A DNA stretch of 64,000 bases from Pseudomonadota bacterium (lineage in GTDB: Bacteria; Bdellovibrionota_B; Oligoflexia; Silvanigrellales; Silvanigrellaceae): NCBI GenBank assembly GCA_039799905.1, contig JBDLRP010000039.1, forward strand, positions 1 to 64,000, given 5' to 3'. A model generated the notes under the pieces. The model was not told the DNA's origin and did no database searches. It was given only the letters and a program-made list of their open reading frames with translations. Both the position numbers and the translations under genes were made by a program. Of the stretch, positions 60,975 through 64,000 are shown piece by piece. How positions within the stretch are numbered: position 1 is the stretch's first letter; every line of letters starts with the position of its first letter.

Positions 60975-62135
60975 TCACAGCTGGAACGCCTTGCGGAATA
61001 GAGCTTCGAAATCGGCGCGGCTGACTGGTTTTGGATTGCATTGATGACATGCATCCGCCACAGCCAGCTCACTGAGCTCGGACAAACGGCCGGCATCCAG
61101 CTTCATGTCTTTGAGCGAAGCAGGAATCGCAAGTTTTGTGTTGAGCTGGCGGACCCACTGGATGAGGTCCTGCGTACCGATGATTTTTTCAAGATATTTG
61201 TATTTATCTGCACAGACATCTTTATTGAACTCAAGTCCGTAGGGCATCATCACAGCATTGGCGAGGCCATGGTGCGTGTCGAACACGGTCGAGAGCGGAT
61301 GCGCCATCGAGTGAATGATTCCCAGTCCTTTTTGGAAGGCGGTTGCTCCCATCAAAGATGCAATCATCATTTTGGCTCGCGCCTGCAGATCGTCGGGTTT
61401 GTGCGTGGCGGTTTCGATGGACTCAGAAATCAGCCGGATGGCTTCAACAGCGATACCATCGCAGAGCGGCGAAACGCCCTTCGACAAAAACGCTTCGACG
61501 TTGTGTGTCAGAGCGTCCATTCCTGTCGCGGCAGTCACACCCGCGGGCAGATCAACAGTCAGAGCCGGATCGGCAAAAACCTTACTTGCAATCAAACGCG
61601 GCGAGAACAGAATTCTCTTTTTGTGCGAAACATTCTCAGCAATCACAGTACTGCGGCCCACTTCACTTCCAGTTCCGCTGGTCGTCGGCACTGTGATGAA
61701 CGGAGGAACTTTTTCGGTCACATACTGATCACCGCCCAACGCATCGTCGTAATCAAACAACGGACGGGTGTGGTAGGCCTTGAGAACAATCGCCCGCGCA
61801 ACGTCGAGACTCGCTCCGCCGCCCAGCCCGATAACACCATCGCAATTTTCTTTGTGAAAGTGTTCGGTGCCGTTGAGAACATCCGACTCAACCGGATTTT
61901 TTGAAATTCCGGAATAAACTGTTGGCGAAATCTTTGCAGCTTCCAGAGCGGCAAGAATTTTTTTGAAAAAGGGCAGCTGGGTGACTGCCTTGTCAGAAAC
62001 AATCAACGGCCGTTTCCAGCCCTGAGCCTGCAGGTAGGCGGGCATTTCTTCGATAACGCCGACTCCAAAGCGGATGGAAGTCGGAAAGTTGTAGCCATAG
62101 CGTCCGGTCCAGTTCATGTCTGACTCCTTCTTCAT
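60975..62135 (-). CDS. Iron-containing alcohol dehydrogenase
   Basis: GLGGGASLD, PTTSGTGSE, DALTH.VE and HSMAH...HHG motifs. Confidence 0.93.
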   Translation of the reverse strand: MKKESDMNWTGRYGYNFPTSIRFGVGVIEEMPAYLQAQGWKRPLIVSDKAVTQLPFFKKILAALEAAKISPTVYSGISKNPVESDVLNGTEHFHKENCDGVIGLGGGASLDVARAIVLKAYHTRPLFDYDDALGGDQYVTEKVPPFITVPTTSGTGSEVGRSTVIAENVSHKKRILFSPRLIASKVFADPALTVDLPAGVTAATGMDALTHNVEAFLSKGVSPLCDGIAVEAIRLISESIETATHKPDDLQARAKMMIASLMGATAFQKGLGIIHSMAHPLSTVFDTHHGLANAVMMPYGLEFNKDVCADKYKYLEKIIGTQDLIQWVRQLNTKLAIPASLKDMKLDAGRLSELSELAVADACHQCNPKPVSRADFEALFRKAFQL

Positions 62136-63490
62136 ATGATCTCAAAATATCTTTTTCGTTCCCAGTCTGTCACAGCCTTTGAATATTCACGCCACTCCCA
62201 CAGACGGGTGTTGGTAAAGTGCTCGACAAATTCAGCTCCCAGCAGTTCACGGGCAAGCTTTGAGTCGCGCATAGCGGTGCTCGCCTCAAACAGGTTGCGC
62301 GGCAGCGTGCCATTGGACTTGTCGGCATAGCCGTTACCTTTTGTCTGTTTCACCTTGAGCGGAAGCTTGTGTTTGATTCCATAAAGACCAGATGCCAGTG
62401 CGGCTGCCATCGCCAGATATGGATTCGCGTCAGCACCCACAACTCTGAGCTCCAGTCGGGTGGATTTGTCGGATCCTGGAAGTGCGCGCAGTGCTGTGGT
62501 GCGATTGTCAATGCCCCATGTGAGAGTGGTTGGTGCCCATGCTCCCTCGACGAGGCGCTTGAAGCTGTTGACCGTCGGAGCATACATGGGTGTGAGGTGC
62601 GGCATGCAGTGCAACACACCTGCCATGTAATGCTTCATCGTTTCGCTCATGTGGTCGGGCGACTTGGCATCATAAAAAATGTTCTTTCCGTTCTTCCACA
62701 AACTTTGATGCACATGCCCAGAGCTTCCGGGAAGAGCTGCATTCCACTTCGCCATGAAGGTCGGAATGACGCCATGAAAACTGCCAATCTCTTTGACCGC
62801 AGCCTTGAACAGCACCGCGCGGTCGGCAGCCTCAAGAATGTCGCTATACAAGATGGCGGCCTCATAAACACCCGGCCCCGTCTCGGTGTGCAGACCTTCC
62901 AGCGGAACATTGTACTTGCCGAGAAGATCGAAAAGATCATTGAAAAAGCCATTGTTTTGAATAGGACGCAGCAGCGAATACCCAAACATACCCTTGCTGA
63001 GCGTCTCGGGTTCATGAAATCCTTTTTCATGCAGAGTCTCGGAGCTTTCAGTGAAATTGAACCACTCGAATTCCTGACTGAAGAATGCAGAGAATCCCAA
63101 TTTTTCGGCCTGCGACTTGATCTTCTTGAGCAGATTGCGCGGACAAATCGGCAGCGGTTCGCCGGCTGCAGTCCAAAAGTCACCAAGAATAAAGGGAACG
63201 TCGTGATCCCAAGGAACAGTCCGGTAGGTGGAAAGATCCAAATAAACCTGCGAGTCGGGGTAGCCTGAATGCCAACCGGTGTAAGAGACGTTGTCGTAAC
63301 AGACGTCAGCTGAATCCCAGCCAAGCACGACGCTGCAAAAACCGAGCCCGCCGGTGGCCACCGATTCAAATTTCTTTTGATGAATCACTTTTCCACGCAA
63401 AACCCCGTCCATATCGGTGACTGCGAGCTTCACCTTTTGGCCGGGGTAGCGTTTGATCAGTTCCAGAACATCGTTTTTTTTCGCCGCCAT
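62132..63490 (-). CDS. Glutamine synthetase-like gamma-glutamyl-amine ligase (PuuA/GlnA-like)
   Basis: DMDGVLRGK, EFEW, HTETGPG.YE, GHVHQS, WGIDNR and ELR..GADANPY motifs. Confidence 0.92.
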   Translation of the reverse strand: MAAKKNDVLELIKRYPGQKVKLAVTDMDGVLRGKVIHQKKFESVATGGLGFCSVVLGWDSADVCYDNVSYTGWHSGYPDSQVYLDLSTYRTVPWDHDVPFILGDFWTAAGEPLPICPRNLLKKIKSQAEKLGFSAFFSQEFEWFNFTESSETLHEKGFHEPETLSKGMFGYSLLRPIQNNGFFNDLFDLLGKYNVPLEGLHTETGPGVYEAAILYSDILEAADRAVLFKAAVKEIGSFHGVIPTFMAKWNAALPGSSGHVHQSLWKNGKNIFYDAKSPDHMSETMKHYMAGVLHCMPHLTPMYAPTVNSFKRLVEGAWAPTTLTWGIDNRTTALRALPGSDKSTRLELRVVGADANPYLAMAAALASGLYGIKHKLPLKVKQTKGNGYADKSNGTLPRNLFEASTAMRDSKLARELLGAEFVEHFTNTRLWEWREYSKAVTDWERKRYFEII

Positions 63491-63556
63491 TTTCGCAGTC
63501 TCCCGCACAGCTCAGATGAGAAGGTGCGAGTATCGTACGAAACAGCGGCGCTTAGG

Positions 63557-64000
63557 TCAGTTGTTATTAGCTGTCAGTCCTTTGACTCCGGCGATATTGG
63601 AAGATTTAGTTCTGCAATTCGGAACAGCAAAAATCAGTTTACCGTCGGAATCGCTCACCTTTACTTCGCCTTGATTGTACTGAACGAGAGCAGACGACAA
63701 CTTTTTCTCACCGGGTGCTTTGCCGCCGGTTGTTTTGAGCGAAGTCGAAAGCAGCAGAAGACGCGCAGATTCTTTTGAAATTGAATTAAAGTCGAAGACG
63801 GTGTTCACCGAGCCTTGAATGCTCTGCTTTATGTGTGATGTGCCGTCGACCGAAGTGTACATCAGCGAACGGACCACAGACGCCGAATTTTTTTCTATCG
63901 TAAGGGTGAGGCGATCACTGACTCTCATTCCTCTGCCGATATCCGTGCTGCGCAGGCATTGCACAACCATTGACGAAGAGCCAATCGAACTGAGGTCAGA
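63557..64000 (-). CDS. Hypothetical protein, 5' end beyond the window
   Basis: Open frame of at least 137 aa approaching the right edge; no family recognised. Confidence 0.5.
   Translation of the reverse strand, partial: SDLSSIGSSSMVVQCLRSTDIGRGMRVSDRLTLTIEKNSASVVRSLMYTSVDGTSHIKQSIQGSVNTVFDFNSISKESARLLLLSTSLKTTGGKAPGEKKLSSALVQYNQGEVKVSDSDGKLIFAVPNCRTKSSNIAGVKGLTANNN

Noticed and set aside
61041..63268. Long + strand ORFs (287 aa and 299 aa)
   Set aside because: Antisense shadows of the Fe-ADH and GS-like genes.
62132..63490. Housekeeping glnA
   Set aside because: Context (C26 hydrolase, ALDH, ADH) and sequence fit gamma-glutamyl-amine ligases.

Overview
Bacterial chromosomal window of about 52% GC. 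Gene repertoire and style suggest Bdellovibrionota/Oligoflexia (inference only). From start to end: (1) a probable rRNA-operon promoter/leader running off the left edge, a PLP aminotransferase and a CDF transporter. (2) A roughly 17.5 kb Wzx/Wzy-type polysaccharide cluster in two convergent operons, with three unusual gene fusions (ATP-grasp::LMW-PTP, GT2::Wzx, GT4::TM::DUF4091/GH123-like). (3) A LolCDE/LolA-like exporter plus an outer-membrane protein, divergent from several acyltransferase-fold genes and an HTH regulator. (4) An ABC-F ATPase. (5) An accessory island with lipoproteins, an XRE regulator, an SBD-HNH phosphorothioate-type restriction nuclease, an Rpn nuclease with an internal RBS/ATG, a GNAT and a transglutaminase remnant. 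(6) A flagellin with GGA-loop leader hairpins. (7) namZ, two degenerate sulfatase-like genes, xseA, xseB and pyk. (8) fliG-fliH-fliI-fliJ-motE-like-rlmL-like, the last two overlapping by about 290 nt across a 39-bp tandem repeat. (9) trhO and a gamma-glutamylation amine catabolism operon. No tRNA, CRISPR array or intact IS element was recognised. All product calls come from motif recognition by eye, with no database search.
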